64,000 nucleotides of DNA from an archaeon (lineage in GTDB: Archaea > Nanobdellota > Nanobdellia > Pacearchaeales > GW2011-AR1): positions 5,133 through 69,132 of the forward strand of contig JABHTJ010000006.1 of the NCBI GenBank assembly GCA_018697295.1. Direction: 5' to 3'. Positions within the stretch are counted from its first letter, which is position 1. Each line of letters opens with the position of its first letter. The position numbers and the translations under genes were made by a program. The notes beneath the pieces are model-generated. The model was not told where the DNA came from, did not search any database, and worked only from the letters and a program-made list of their open reading frames with translations. Below, piece after piece: positions 26,562 to 36,409 of this stretch.

Positions 26562-27254
26562 ATGTCAGATACAATAACCTTAAAGAAAGATACAATTTGG
26601 AAAGCTTCTACAGTTATTCTAGCGCTCGTCGTTATTTGGATGGTCGCTTTTGATGGAGGATCAGATTCAAATGTTATCAATAGTCCTCCAACGGCAGGAA
26701 ATGTGCCAAGTGCAGCCGTTGCAGTAGATATGGAAGATTTAATTGATGATGATGCAATCAAAGGAGATGCAGACGCACCAGTAACAATTGTTGAGTGGAG
26801 CGATTATGAATGTCCTTTCTGTACAAAATTCTATGATCAAACCTTCAGTCAAATTAATGAAGAGTATATCAAGACTGGAAAAGTAAAATTCATCTATAGA
26901 GATTTCCCACTTGGATTCCATAAGAATGCTCAAAAAGCTGCAGAAGCTGCAGAGTGTGCTGGAGAACAAGGAAAATACTTTGATATGCACGATGCACTTT
27001 TCGAAAATGGAGTAACGGGCGGAGTAAGTTCGTTCAAACAATTTGCTGCAGACATAGGACTCGATACAGATGATTTTAATGACTGTTTAGATTCTGGAGA
27101 AATGGCAAGCGAAGTAGCAAAAGATCTTGCAGATGGGTCAGCCGCAGGAATTACTGGAACACCAGGATTCATTATTAACGGTCAACTAGTCTCAGGTGCT
27201 CAACCATTTAGTGTTTTCAAACAAGTAATTGATGCAGAATTAGCTGCCGCTTAA
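26562..27254 (+). CDS. DsbA-family thiol:disulfide oxidoreductase with an N-terminal membrane anchor
   Basis: WSDYECPFCTKFY (CPFC active site) and GTPGFIINGQ. A GAGGAG Shine-Dalgarno lies 7 nt upstream of the ATG. Confidence 0.85.
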   Translation: MSDTITLKKDTIWKASTVILALVVIWMVAFDGGSDSNVINSPPTAGNVPSAAVAVDMEDLIDDDAIKGDADAPVTIVEWSDYECPFCTKFYDQTFSQINEEYIKTGKVKFIYRDFPLGFHKNAQKAAEAAECAGEQGKYFDMHDALFENGVTGGVSSFKQFAADIGLDTDDFNDCLDSGEMASEVAKDLADGSAAGITGTPGFIINGQLVSGAQPFSVFKQVIDAELAAA

Positions 27255-27262
27255 TTTTATTC

Positions 27263-27300
27263 GTGGTCTGAATTTTCAGCCACATTTTTTATTTTTTTTA
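27263..27300 (+). terminator. Hairpin plus T-run downstream of the DsbA-like gene
   Basis: gtggtctgaa/ttcagccac stem at 27263-27283, followed by attttttatttttttta. Confidence 0.35.
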
Positions 27301-27401
27301 TTTTTGCCTCACCAGAGGTACACCAAATGGGTGAAATTTTTTCAAGAATGCCGAAAGACACAATTAGCATAATATTTTAATATTCTAAAAAAACTTAACC
27401 T

Positions 27402-28028
27402 CTAGAAATCATCGTCATCATCTTCGCCTTCTTCTTTGGCCTTCTTCTGCATTTCTTTAATCCGCTTCAAGGCAGCACGAACATTCTTATTCAACTGAAC
27501 AATCGAGTCATCAAGTTGTGCACGGTTTTTCGTTCCAGTGCAAACGAGTTTTCCATTTGAGAAAAGTAAGAATGTAGCATTTGGTTCTTCAAGTTTGTAG
27601 ACAAGTCCTGGAAACTGTTCCGGCTCATATTCTGTGTTTTCAAGTTCTAAAGAAAGTGTATTCAAATTCAAATCTAAATCAATCGCTCCAGATGCAACAA
27701 TATTTTGAACAGTAATCTTTGGTTTAATAGTTACATTAACGCCAATTTTTCTAAGTTGTTTAATCACTTGTTGAATTACTTCCTTTACTTGAGAAATTGA
27801 TTTCGTCCCAGTACAAACTAAATTACCTGAACTAAAAACTAAAACTGCAGACTTTGGTTCCTTTACTCGTAGAACTAATCCTGGAAATGTATCTGGATTA
27901 TATTCTGTATTTGGTTGTGTTCGCGCAAGTTTTGTCAATGAAACTTCTTTTTCAAGAGATGTAGTTGCTACAATGTTTTGAACTTTTAACGCGGTACTTC
28001 GCTTAGCAGGTTTTTTAGAAGGACTCAT
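27402..28028 (-). CDS. tbp: TATA-box binding protein with an acidic tail
   Basis: Two TBP repeats (VQNIVATTSL...FPGLVLRVKEPKSAVLVFSSGNLVCTG and VQNIVASGAI...FPGLVYKLEEPNATFLLFSNGKLVCTG), ending in EGEDDDDDF. Confidence 0.95.
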   Translation of the reverse strand: MSPSKKPAKRSTALKVQNIVATTSLEKEVSLTKLARTQPNTEYNPDTFPGLVLRVKEPKSAVLVFSSGNLVCTGTKSISQVKEVIQQVIKQLRKIGVNVTIKPKITVQNIVASGAIDLDLNLNTLSLELENTEYEPEQFPGLVYKLEEPNATFLLFSNGKLVCTGTKNRAQLDDSIVQLNKNVRAALKRIKEMQKKAKEEGEDDDDDF

Positions 28029-28085
28029 AAAGACTTAAGAAAAATTTCCTTTATAAAAGCTTTGATTACTCCAAGATGATGAAAA

Positions 28086-29771
28086 TTACTCTTCAACTTC
28101 TTTCCTAACTTCATCCACCGTCGCTATATCGTCAATTCCTCTGTCTGGTCGAAGCGCTTTAATCCGTGGAAAACGAAGTGCAAAGCCGGATGCATAATTC
28201 GTAGATTTTTGAATATCTTGGTATTGGACCGTTACAATTATTTTTGGTTGCACCTTAATTGTACGTCCATCTTCGTGAGTTTCAAGTTCCTGCAATTTTT
28301 TCGTCATCTCATTATAACTAAGTTCATCTCCTTCAAGTTCTTTGAGCCCAGTAGAAACTTTCCCAATTTCGAGCAAATCGCCATTATTTTTGCAAGACAC
28401 ATTATAACTCGTCAGCCAACCAGCACGCTTTCCAGTTCCCCACTCAGCCCCGGTAATCACTAAATCAAAATCATTATCTTCGGGCTTTAATTTAACAGCG
28501 TGTCCAATCCGACTTCCTGGTTTGTATGGGGCAGACAAGCTTTTAGCCATAAGTCCTTCTTGATTTTCTCCAAGGGCAAGTTCATAAAATTCATTAACTC
28601 GGCGTTCATCACTCGTTATAATTTGTTTAGAAAGAATTATTTTATATGGTTCAACTTTAACAATTTTTTTCAAAAGTTCTCGTCGCTGTTCAAACGCAAC
28701 TTCAATAAGACTTCGACCTTCATGATAAATAATATCAAAGAGGACAAGTTCAACCGGAAATCGTTTCATCATAGATTCAATTCCATATTTACGTCGTATT
28801 CTTTGACTAATCGCTTGAAATGCAGTATACTTTTTTGTTTCAGAATCAAAACCAACAGCTTCGCCATCAATAATAAAATTTTTTCCGTTAACATTATTTG
28901 TAACATAATCCACAATCTCTGGAAACTGCACAGTAACTTCTTCAAGTCGTCGAGTAAAAATTTTCACTTTTCCTTTTTCATCTTTATTTATCATCACGCG
29001 AAAACCATCATACTTATATTCAAACGCTGCAGGTTCGCCAACAATTCTAAACGCATCAGTAATATTGGCAGCCTTGGGAAAAAGCATAACTTTCAATGGA
29101 CGTCCAGGTTTTAACTCAATAGTGTTCAATGTATCGCTACAAGATTTTTCAAAAACTTCTCGCCAATCAGTCGTCTTATCATAAGCTTCCTGAACTTTCA
29201 AAACATATTCTTTTTTTTCTTCAATAGATTCAGGTTTAAAACAATGAACGACAACAGCGTCGCGCAAAATTCCAGCCCCTACACCGATCTTCAAATCACT
29301 AAGAACTGTTCTCATAATATATTTCGCCTCAAGAGGACTCGCGCTATGAAATAGGTCAACAATCAAATTAAGTTTTAAGTCAACAGTTCCAGTCCCTTCC
29401 AGAGTCGTAATTCTTCTCAAGCTATTCATTACCTTTTCAATTTTTAATTTCTGAGTAAATAGTGCGGTCTGCTTCTTCTGCTCTCCCAAAAGTTTTTCTG
29501 CAACTTTGCCTAAATCGCCAAGTTCTTTAAATGACTCAAGAACTTCCTTGTCTCCAATTCCAACAGCCCTTGCAATTGCGCGAATCGCCAACTGGTGAGA
29601 AATTCCCATCTCACGATTATTAAATTCAGCAAAAACTTTTCCCTGCAATAAATAAATAGTTTCTGGATTTTTAATCAATTCAAGAAAATCTGCCAAAATC
29701 TGAGTTTTCTCTAAACCTTTCGTAGTTGATTCAAGCGCGTGATATGTCTCGCAAAGTTTGGAATAGTCCAT
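28086..29771 (-). CDS. lig: ATP-dependent DNA ligase
   Basis: The adenylation motif is FEYKYDGFRVMI. I place the start at MDYSKLCETY (ATG at 29771); the ORF-track N-terminal 111 aa overlap the thioredoxin gene and look spurious. Confidence 0.9.
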   Translation of the reverse strand: MDYSKLCETYHALESTTKGLEKTQILADFLELIKNPETIYLLQGKVFAEFNNREMGISHQLAIRAIARAVGIGDKEVLESFKELGDLGKVAEKLLGEQKKQTALFTQKLKIEKVMNSLRRITTLEGTGTVDLKLNLIVDLFHSASPLEAKYIMRTVLSDLKIGVGAGILRDAVVVHCFKPESIEEKKEYVLKVQEAYDKTTDWREVFEKSCSDTLNTIELKPGRPLKVMLFPKAANITDAFRIVGEPAAFEYKYDGFRVMINKDEKGKVKIFTRRLEEVTVQFPEIVDYVTNNVNGKNFIIDGEAVGFDSETKKYTAFQAISQRIRRKYGIESMMKRFPVELVLFDIIYHEGRSLIEVAFEQRRELLKKIVKVEPYKIILSKQIITSDERRVNEFYELALGENQEGLMAKSLSAPYKPGSRIGHAVKLKPEDNDFDLVITGAEWGTGKRAGWLTSYNVSCKNNGDLLEIGKVSTGLKELEGDELSYNEMTKKLQELETHEDGRTIKVQPKIIVTVQYQDIQKSTNYASGFALRFPRIKALRPDRGIDDIATVDEVRKEVEE

Positions 29772-29843
29772 AACATAATTTAGAAAATCAAGTTTATAGG
29801 TTTTATTAAAAATTTTCTCAGAGGTAATCGCAGTTTCCCAACA

Positions 29844-29851
29844 TTTAAATA
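29844..29851 (+). promoter_or_regulatory. TATA box (tttaaata) 29 nt upstream of the trx ATG
   Basis: Same 8-mer and same spacing as the other boxes listed in this window. Confidence 0.5.
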
Positions 29852-29872
29852 ATCTCATCAATCTATAATAAA

Positions 29873-30199
29873 ATGGCAGAACTCGACGTAACAGATGCAA
29901 CATTCGAAGCAGAAGTAATCGAAAAATCAAAAACAATACCCGTATTAGTAGATTTTTGGGCGAGCTGGTGTGGACCTTGCAGAATTTTAAAACCAGTCTT
30001 AGAAAAAGTTGCACAAGATTATGAAGGAAAAGTAATTCTCGCAAAAGTCTCAGTTGAAGAAAATGAAGAATCTCCTCAAAAATATGCGGTAATGTCAATC
30101 CCATCTGTAAAACTTTTTAAAGACGGAAAAATCACTGCAGAATTCGTAGGCGCAAAACCAGAACAAGATATTAGAGATTTCTTAGATGATAATTTATAA
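29873..30199 (+). CDS. trxA: Thioredoxin
   Basis: WASWCGPCR active site; 108 aa. Confidence 0.95.
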   Translation: MAELDVTDATFEAEVIEKSKTIPVLVDFWASWCGPCRILKPVLEKVAQDYEGKVILAKVSVEENEESPQKYAVMSIPSVKLFKDGKITAEFVGAKPEQDIRDFLDDNL

Positions 30200-30207
30200 A
30201 AATAATT

Positions 30208-30405
30208 CTACTTCCGAGGAATAATTATCCACGCCAAAACATAAGCTAAAATTCCAAGGCCCATGCTAAAAAGTGTTACAAAAACCCAAATCAATCGAAC
30301 AAGAACCGGATCTAAATCAAAATAATCTCCAAGACCTGCACAAACACCGCCAATAACAGATTCCTTTTCAGATACCCGATACAATCTCTTTACATGTTTT
30401 GCCAT
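30208..30405 (-). CDS. PspC-domain membrane protein
   Basis: LYRVSEKESVIGGVCAGLGDYFDLDPVLVRLIWV. Confidence 0.75.
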   Translation of the reverse strand: MAKHVKRLYRVSEKESVIGGVCAGLGDYFDLDPVLVRLIWVFVTLFSMGLGILAYVLAWIIIPRK

Positions 30406-30457
30406 AATAACTAAAATAAAAATTCATTAATAAAACTTCTCATCCCTTTCTAAAAAT

Positions 30458-31024
30458 CTAATTCCCTCGTCTTCGATTCGCTCTCAGACTCGGTCGTACT
30501 TTCGGAGCTTTAACAGGGCTATTTCGAAGTCCTCGCGCTTTCCTTCCAGCACTTGTTAATCCTCTAAGAGATCGCTTCTTTGGAGCTTTTACAAATGGTC
30601 CAAGTTCCTTATCGCTCTTAATTTCTGGAGCAACTCGGTCAACCAAAATTACTTCATAAAAATAATGAACTCCATCTTTTCCAATCAAATAAGAATTAAG
30701 AACTTCCATGTTCGTATACTTTTTAGCAACTCGCATTTCTGCAATTTCTTTATAGTTTAGTCGTAAATTTTTTCTAATATGTAAACGCTTTGTTCGACGA
30801 GCTTTGTTCGGTCGAGTCTTTTTATGTCCGCCTCGTTTAAGTCTAACTCTAACGACGACAACGCCTTTTTTCGCCTTATATCCTAAAGATCGTGCTCGGT
30901 CAAGTCGAAGCGGTTTGTCAACTTTAACAATCGTGTTTCCCTTTCTCCACTCAATCATTCGCGCACGAAGCACTAAGATATCTGGCTTTTTCCATGCAGC
31001 ACGTAAATATTTTGTTAAACTCAT
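30458..31024 (-). CDS. rpl15e: Ribosomal protein eL15
   Basis: YLRAAWKKPD...RLDRARSLGYKAKKGVVVVRVRLKRGG. Confidence 0.9.
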   Translation of the reverse strand: MSLTKYLRAAWKKPDILVLRARMIEWRKGNTIVKVDKPLRLDRARSLGYKAKKGVVVVRVRLKRGGHKKTRPNKARRTKRLHIRKNLRLNYKEIAEMRVAKKYTNMEVLNSYLIGKDGVHYFYEVILVDRVAPEIKSDKELGPFVKAPKKRSLRGLTSAGRKARGLRNSPVKAPKVRPSLRANRRRGN

Positions 31025-31075
31025 AAGTACATTGTAATAATTTTGGTTTTTAAAGTTTGGGATTGAAAATTAAAA

Positions 31076-31149
31076 TGAGCTCGCTGGGATTTGAACCCAG
31101 GACCCCCGCCTTATCAGAGCGATGCGCTACCTGACTGCGCCACGAGCTC
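31076..31149 (-). tRNA. tRNA-Ile(GAU)
   Basis: The reverse complement reads GAGCTCG TG GCGC AGTCAGGTA GCGC A TCGCT CTGATAA GGCGG GGGTC CTGGG TTCAAAT CCCAG CGAGCTC A. Confidence 0.9.
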
Positions 31150-31341
31150 GTATGCGTTAAATAAATAACGTTAACGAATCTAACAAAAGTTAGATAATCA
31201 CTAACACAAATTTTAATTTATAAAACTAACTAAAACCAGAATTCTTATTTTTGGTAGGAAATCTATGGGCAAAATTATTTGAGTGTACTTTTGTACTAGA
31301 AAAATTATTTTGCAAAAAGATTTTCAGCAACAATAAGAATT

Positions 31342-31974
31342 TTAAGCTTTAACTTCGACAAAGACTTTATCCTCTTTAACAGTGTATCGAACAACCTCAA
31401 CACTCAATGGAATAAATTTCACAAAACATTTGTCCTTAGAATAAACTTTAACTTCAATTCCCGAAGCAAGTTTTGTTACGACAACATCATTCTTGGAAGC
31501 AACACCCGGAGCTTCAATTTCATAGACAATAACATCTCCAAGACGCTTAACAACTGAGCCAGCTTCAATTCTTTCAAGAGTCATTCTTCTCTGAGCTTCT
31601 TCTGCCGTAATTCTTTGAACAGGGACAGCGACTTGAGGAGCCTGAATTTGGGGCTGTTGATTGGGATTCTTCGTCGACACTTGTATCTTAAAACCTTTGG
31701 GAATTCCATTAGCGCCATTCATATTTCCTTCATTCATCTGCCTCTCTAATTGTTTTACTAAAGAATTAACTATCTTATTCATACCGAAGGGAAGCTTTAA
31801 TTCCTCGACAATATTTTTCCCAGAATCTTGGTTTCCCAAAAGACCCAAGTCTTCACGACCTTCTTTCTCTTGCAACATAATTCCACAATGCGGACAAAAG
31901 TCAAATGATTTTTTCACCTTTTCGTCACACGCTGGACACGTAACTTTAAACATAAATGGCCAAAGAAAACTCAT
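31342..31974 (-). CDS. Zinc-ribbon protein with a C-terminal Hsp20/alpha-crystallin-like beta-sandwich
   Basis: CPACDEKVKKSFDFCPHCG, and a C-terminus VIVYEIEAPGVASKNDVVVTKLASGIEVKVYS resembling an ACD strand pattern. Confidence 0.4.
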   Translation of the reverse strand: MSFLWPFMFKVTCPACDEKVKKSFDFCPHCGIMLQEKEGREDLGLLGNQDSGKNIVEELKLPFGMNKIVNSLVKQLERQMNEGNMNGANGIPKGFKIQVSTKNPNQQPQIQAPQVAVPVQRITAEEAQRRMTLERIEAGSVVKRLGDVIVYEIEAPGVASKNDVVVTKLASGIEVKVYSKDKCFVKFIPLSVEVVRYTVKEDKVFVEVKA

Positions 31975-31998
31975 TATTTAAAGCTAATTAATCACAAG

Positions 31999-33417
31999 TT
32001 AAACATAGGGTTGCATTTTCTTTACAAAATTATCAAAATTATGCAACTCTCGATTAATTTCTTTGGCAGGCTTAAATTCCTTAATTAAAAAACCGTTCTT
32101 AAATTTACTAACACTTCTAACTTCACTAAGATGACTTATCCCAAGGAATCCAACAAAGAATCTTAATAATGTGGATATGAGAAAAATTAAAAGAATTGGG
32201 CTCATAAATTCTGGCTCAACCCAGGCAATAAATGACCCAATCAAAGCTCCAGTAAAAGCGCTAAATCCTACAATTAAATTAACATACGTCGTAGCATAAC
32301 TTCGTTTTCTTGGTTTAACTGCATCAAGAAGATAATTATCTGTGGCAAGCATATAACCTGAAGAAACAAAACCTGCAATCATAGACGGTACAAAAATAAG
32401 ATATAGTTTTGTTAAAAGGTCATTTTGGATAAATGAAGAGAAATACCAAAGAAGAGGTACCAGGAAAAATAAATGGGCACAAATTCTCATCAATCTAATA
32501 TTCCCAAACTTATCAGATATCTTTCCTTGGATCGGAAGAAAAAGAATGTCAAATAACATAGTCGAAACAACTATTGCCACAAACCAAACGTATGAAAATC
32601 CAAGGTCACGAAGCATATAAACTGCATAAAATGGAGATGCAACTCCAATAGCTACACTAAAAAATCCTCTAAAAATCGTGAATCTTCCAAAGGCAGTTTT
32701 AGAACTAGTTTTCAAAAAATCCTTAAATGAGAAATAATCTTTTTTCCTAATTCTAATTTTTGGGTCATATTGTTTTCTAAATAAATGGATTGTCCACATC
32801 CTGGCTAAAAAAGCTATAAAGAATAATAGTGCAAAACCAACAATAGTGTATCCCAATTCATTTCCTTGAATAATTCCTTGTTTCTTAAAAAATTCTAAAA
32901 TTACTGCAGCTAAAATAATTGAAATAATTCCGGAAATATACAATACACGATTACGACGAGAAAAATATTTTCCTCGCTCATGTTCTCCAACAAGAGAGCC
33001 CATCCAAGAAAACCATGCAATGTGAGCAATGCCGCCAAGTCCAAAATAAATTCCAACAAGGATAATGAGGAGAGGAATCATATGGGCAGTGTTAAAATAA
33101 AAGAGAACTCCGGTCAAAATTAATGGAATCCACAACATTGTCTGAAATATGATCGAGCGAAGAACTATTTTTTTACGAGAATATTTTTCAATCAATCGCG
33201 AAGTCTTTAGTTGTAAAATGCTAGGGATCAGGTGCATCACTGCATTGAGAATTCCAATTTGACTTGCAGTTGCTTGAAGAAGAAGAGCAAACGGAGTAAA
33301 ATATGCAGCCCCCATATTCGACGCAATAGCATAATATCCTCCTTCTCTAACACTAACTTTTTTAGCATCTTCTACTTTCTCGGCAATTTTCTTTTTATCT
33401 TTTCTAATTCTCATCAC
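31999..33417 (-). CDS. MFS-type transporter
   Basis: 472 aa with about 12 hydrophobic helices and a basic loop between the two halves. Confidence 0.6.
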   Translation of the reverse strand: MMRIRKDKKKIAEKVEDAKKVSVREGGYYAIASNMGAAYFTPFALLLQATASQIGILNAVMHLIPSILQLKTSRLIEKYSRKKIVLRSIIFQTMLWIPLILTGVLFYFNTAHMIPLLIILVGIYFGLGGIAHIAWFSWMGSLVGEHERGKYFSRRNRVLYISGIISIILAAVILEFFKKQGIIQGNELGYTIVGFALLFFIAFLARMWTIHLFRKQYDPKIRIRKKDYFSFKDFLKTSSKTAFGRFTIFRGFFSVAIGVASPFYAVYMLRDLGFSYVWFVAIVVSTMLFDILFLPIQGKISDKFGNIRLMRICAHLFFLVPLLWYFSSFIQNDLLTKLYLIFVPSMIAGFVSSGYMLATDNYLLDAVKPRKRSYATTYVNLIVGFSAFTGALIGSFIAWVEPEFMSPILLIFLISTLLRFFVGFLGISHLSEVRSVSKFKNGFLIKEFKPAKEINRELHNFDNFVKKMQPYV

Positions 33418-33523
33418 AACCTCTAAAAATACTTATGAAATCAGTTATAAAAATCTTCTTCTAAAAATCCTTAATAAAGAATCTAACCAACACATTAATA
33501 AATAATGCTCTCTTTTCTCAATT

Positions 33524-33865
33524 ATGGAAAATGTTGCAATGATTGAATATGAAGATTTCTCAAAACTTGACATGAGGGTTGCAGAAATTCAAACTGTAGA
33601 AAATATCGAAGGGGCAGATAAACTATACAAATTAGAAGTAAGTATTGGAGAAGAGCTTAGAACAATTTGTGCAGGAATAAAAGAATATTACTCTCACGAC
33701 GAACTTTTAGGAAAAAAAATAATTGTCTTAACAAACTTAAAACCACGAAAACTCAGAGGAATTGAATCTCAAGGTATGCTCCTCGCCGCAGGAAATTCAG
33801 ACCACACAAAAATTTCCTTAATCACCCCAGACCAAGAAATCGAAGTTGGAAGCAAGGTTAGTTAA
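33524..33865 (+). CDS. Stand-alone tRNA-binding domain protein (Trbp111/CsaA/MetRS-C type)
   Basis: DFSKLDMRVAEI...GADKLYKLEVSIGEE.RTICAGIKEYY...LKPRKLRGIESQGMLLAA. Confidence 0.8.
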   Translation: MENVAMIEYEDFSKLDMRVAEIQTVENIEGADKLYKLEVSIGEELRTICAGIKEYYSHDELLGKKIIVLTNLKPRKLRGIESQGMLLAAGNSDHTKISLITPDQEIEVGSKVS

Positions 33866-33912
33866 TTTCCAATTACAATAACTTTTTTATACTTTCAATA
33901 GTACTTTATTTT

Positions 33913-34488
33913 ATGAGAATTGGAATTGATGTCGATGAAGTATTGGCAGGACTTTTACCTGCAATAATAAGTTATCATAATGAAACTCATGACACTTCAT
34001 TGACTCGAGAAGATTTCAAAACATTTAATTTCTGGGAAAGTTGGGGAGGAACTCAAGAAGAGTCTGAACAAAAGGTATGCGATTTTTTCAAATCCCCTCA
34101 TTTTAAAAATATAAGGCCTATTGAAGGTTCTCAAGACGCAGTCAATATTCTAAAAGAAGATCACGAATTATTCGTCATCACCTCTCGCCAAGACGAAATC
34201 GTGCAAGCAACAATAGAATGGCTTAATGTCCATTTTCCAAAAACTTTTTCCAAAATTTATTTCGCAGGTCATTATTTCTCATCAAATGAAAATTCAAAAA
34301 CGAAAAAACAAATATGTGATTTTCTAAAAATAGAACTTTTGATCGAAGACAATATTAATTATGCATTGGAATGCAAAACGTCAAAAAGAAAAATTTTGCT
34401 CCTAAACCAACCCTGGAATCAAGAGCAAGGTTTGCCAAAAGAGATAAAACGCGTTCATTCATGGGAAGAAATCATAGATTCTATTTAA
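33913..34488 (+). CDS. HAD-superfamily 5'(3')-deoxyribonucleotidase-like protein
   Basis: MRIGIDVDEVLAG carries the DxDxV/T motif. Size and layout fit NT5C-like proteins. Confidence 0.6.
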   Translation: MRIGIDVDEVLAGLLPAIISYHNETHDTSLTREDFKTFNFWESWGGTQEESEQKVCDFFKSPHFKNIRPIEGSQDAVNILKEDHELFVITSRQDEIVQATIEWLNVHFPKTFSKIYFAGHYFSSNENSKTKKQICDFLKIELLIEDNINYALECKTSKRKILLLNQPWNQEQGLPKEIKRVHSWEEIIDSI

Positions 34489-34523
34489 TAAAAATTCCCT
34501 ACTAAAATAATTCTATAAAAAAA

Positions 34524-35276
34524 TTATCGACTAAATAATCGAACAAAAAATCCTCTATCTTCTTCAACTTCTTCACCATTAACCTTTCGCGCAATCTCTA
34601 AATATTTCTTTGAAACTTTACTTCGTGGATGAGTATGAACTACTGCATCTCTAAAATTAAGCGCTTCTTTAACAGATTTGTCTTCAGGGATAACACTAAT
34701 AATTTGACATTCAAGCATTGATTTTATCGAAGATAATGGCATTTCATATTTTGCATTCGCGTGCCGAGTAACAATAACTCCATTAATTTTTTTCCCAAGA
34801 TTACGAGAAACTTTAACAGCTTTGAGTGCATCTGTTACTGCAGGCATTTCAGGATTTGTTACAATAATTATTTCATCAGCAACTTGTAAAACTGCCATCA
34901 CTTCTTCAGAAAATCCGGCAGCAGAATCGATAACAACATAATCGCAAATAGGATGCAATTGTTTAATTATCTCTGGTAATTTTTTAAGATTAAATTTTGT
35001 AAGTTCTTGTACTGAAAGTGATGAGGGAATAATTTTTGTTCCAGAAGAATGTTCATAAATCGCATCTTCGATTTTCGCCTTACCGCTTAAAACATGATTC
35101 AATGTAATCGGAACAATCGGAGCTCCAAGTTGTAAACCAATGTTTGGCGTATTAAGATTCGCGTCGACAATTACAACTTCTTTTCCAATTTTATTTAGGC
35201 ATGCGCCTAAATTAATTGCAGTAGTCGTCTTTCCAACTCCACCTTTTCCTGAATTTATAACAATTACTCGTGCCAT
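34524..35276 (-). CDS. minD: MinD/ParA-family ATPase (archaeal MinD)
   Basis: Deviant Walker A: VINSGKGGVGKTTTAINLGA. Confidence 0.85.
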   Translation of the reverse strand: MARVIVINSGKGGVGKTTTAINLGACLNKIGKEVVIVDANLNTPNIGLQLGAPIVPITLNHVLSGKAKIEDAIYEHSSGTKIIPSSLSVQELTKFNLKKLPEIIKQLHPICDYVVIDSAAGFSEEVMAVLQVADEIIIVTNPEMPAVTDALKAVKVSRNLGKKINGVIVTRHANAKYEMPLSSIKSMLECQIISVIPEDKSVKEALNFRDAVVHTHPRSKVSKKYLEIARKVNGEEVEEDRGFFVRLFSR

Positions 35277-35349
35277 TTTGTGTTACTATCAGAAAAAATC
35301 GCTTTATAAATCTTAGGCATATTAAGATTCAATCATAAGTATACTAAAG

Positions 35350-35799
35350 TTAAAGTAAAAGTTTTTTTACATCCTTAACAAAAGTATCCATGATCTCGGA
35401 ATATTCACCTAATTTTTCCAAGTTAATATCTGTGGTTCTCGTCGGCTCAATAACTTTCAAATTAACATTTTTCCTAAATTCTCCGCTCCGAGTTTTATTT
35501 AGGTCTGGAATTCGTTTAAAGAAAATGTAAAGTGGAATTGCAGCTTCAATATCTGGATTTTTCTTAAAATATTTTTTCATAAACTCAATTCTTTGTTTTG
35601 GATTTGTCGGCATATGCGGAATTTTCCCATTATCAAATTTCTGTTCTAAAATTGTATCAAAACTAATTTCTAAAAGACTTTTCCATCGAGAAAGTAAATT
35701 CAAAATAACATCACATGTCTTAGTGTACTTTAAACTAACATACAAAAGGTGGTCTGCGCTAGTTTTTTCCTTAACAATTTCTTCTATTCCGTCTTCCAT
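35350..35799 (-). CDS. Hypothetical helical protein; tandem paralogue of 35885..36325
   Basis: ORF track. By-eye similarity to its neighbour: ADHLLYVSLKY vs AKYHFAVAKRL; EFRKN vs EFSKN; MDTFVKDVKKLL vs IDSMLFSIKKLF. Confidence 0.45.
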   Translation of the reverse strand: MEDGIEEIVKEKTSADHLLYVSLKYTKTCDVILNLLSRWKSLLEISFDTILEQKFDNGKIPHMPTNPKQRIEFMKKYFKKNPDIEAAIPLYIFFKRIPDLNKTRSGEFRKNVNLKVIEPTRTTDINLEKLGEYSEIMDTFVKDVKKLLL

Positions 35800-35884
35800 T
35801 TCTTATTTACCGAAGAATTCAGCAGTTAAATAGCTTTTTATATCTGCCGAAAATAATTTGAGAAGATTATTCAGATAATTTTGC

Positions 35885-36325
35885 TTAATCAACGATTTCA
35901 AATAATTTTTTTATCGAAAAAAGCATTGAATCTATTGAATCTACAAAATCCTTAAACCTATTCAACTTCAAAAAAACATATTTATTCTGTATCAAAAGTA
36001 TAATCGTACCATTTTTAGAAAATTCAATCGGAGAATTCTTCTGTGCCTTTTCTATTTCTAAAATCCTGAGCAAATTAACAATAGACTCTTTTTCAAAATA
36101 ATTGGGCGCAATTCTCACAAATTCTGCAAGATTCTTTTTCCCTTTCAAACCATTTCCACCATACTGGAGTGTTGCTCGAACAATGCTTACCGCAGATTTC
36201 GCAAGTTCATTAATCACACCAACCAAAAATCGCTTCTCTAAAAATTCAAAATAATTATCGTGCAATCGCTTGGCAACAGCAAAATGATACTTCGCATTAA
36301 CCAACTCTTCACGCCATAATTCCAT
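35885..36325 (-). CDS. Hypothetical helical protein; tandem paralogue of 35350..35799
   Basis: Same evidence as for its neighbour. Confidence 0.45.
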   Translation of the reverse strand: MELWREELVNAKYHFAVAKRLHDNYFEFLEKRFLVGVINELAKSAVSIVRATLQYGGNGLKGKKNLAEFVRIAPNYFEKESIVNLLRILEIEKAQKNSPIEFSKNGTIILLIQNKYVFLKLNRFKDFVDSIDSMLFSIKKLFEIVD

Positions 36326-36409
36326 AAAATAGAAAAGAAAATAAGCTTTTTAGGAATTAGTATGTTAGAGTTTTTTCCTAAATAAGAAAATCATGGAAAT
36401 ATTTTTATA

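Noticed and set aside
29772-30104. The 111-aa N-terminal extension of the DNA ligase ORF (672-aa version)
   Set aside because: The extension is Leu/Arg/Phe-rich nonsense antisense to the well-supported thioredoxin gene. The ligase homology begins at MDYSKLCETY.
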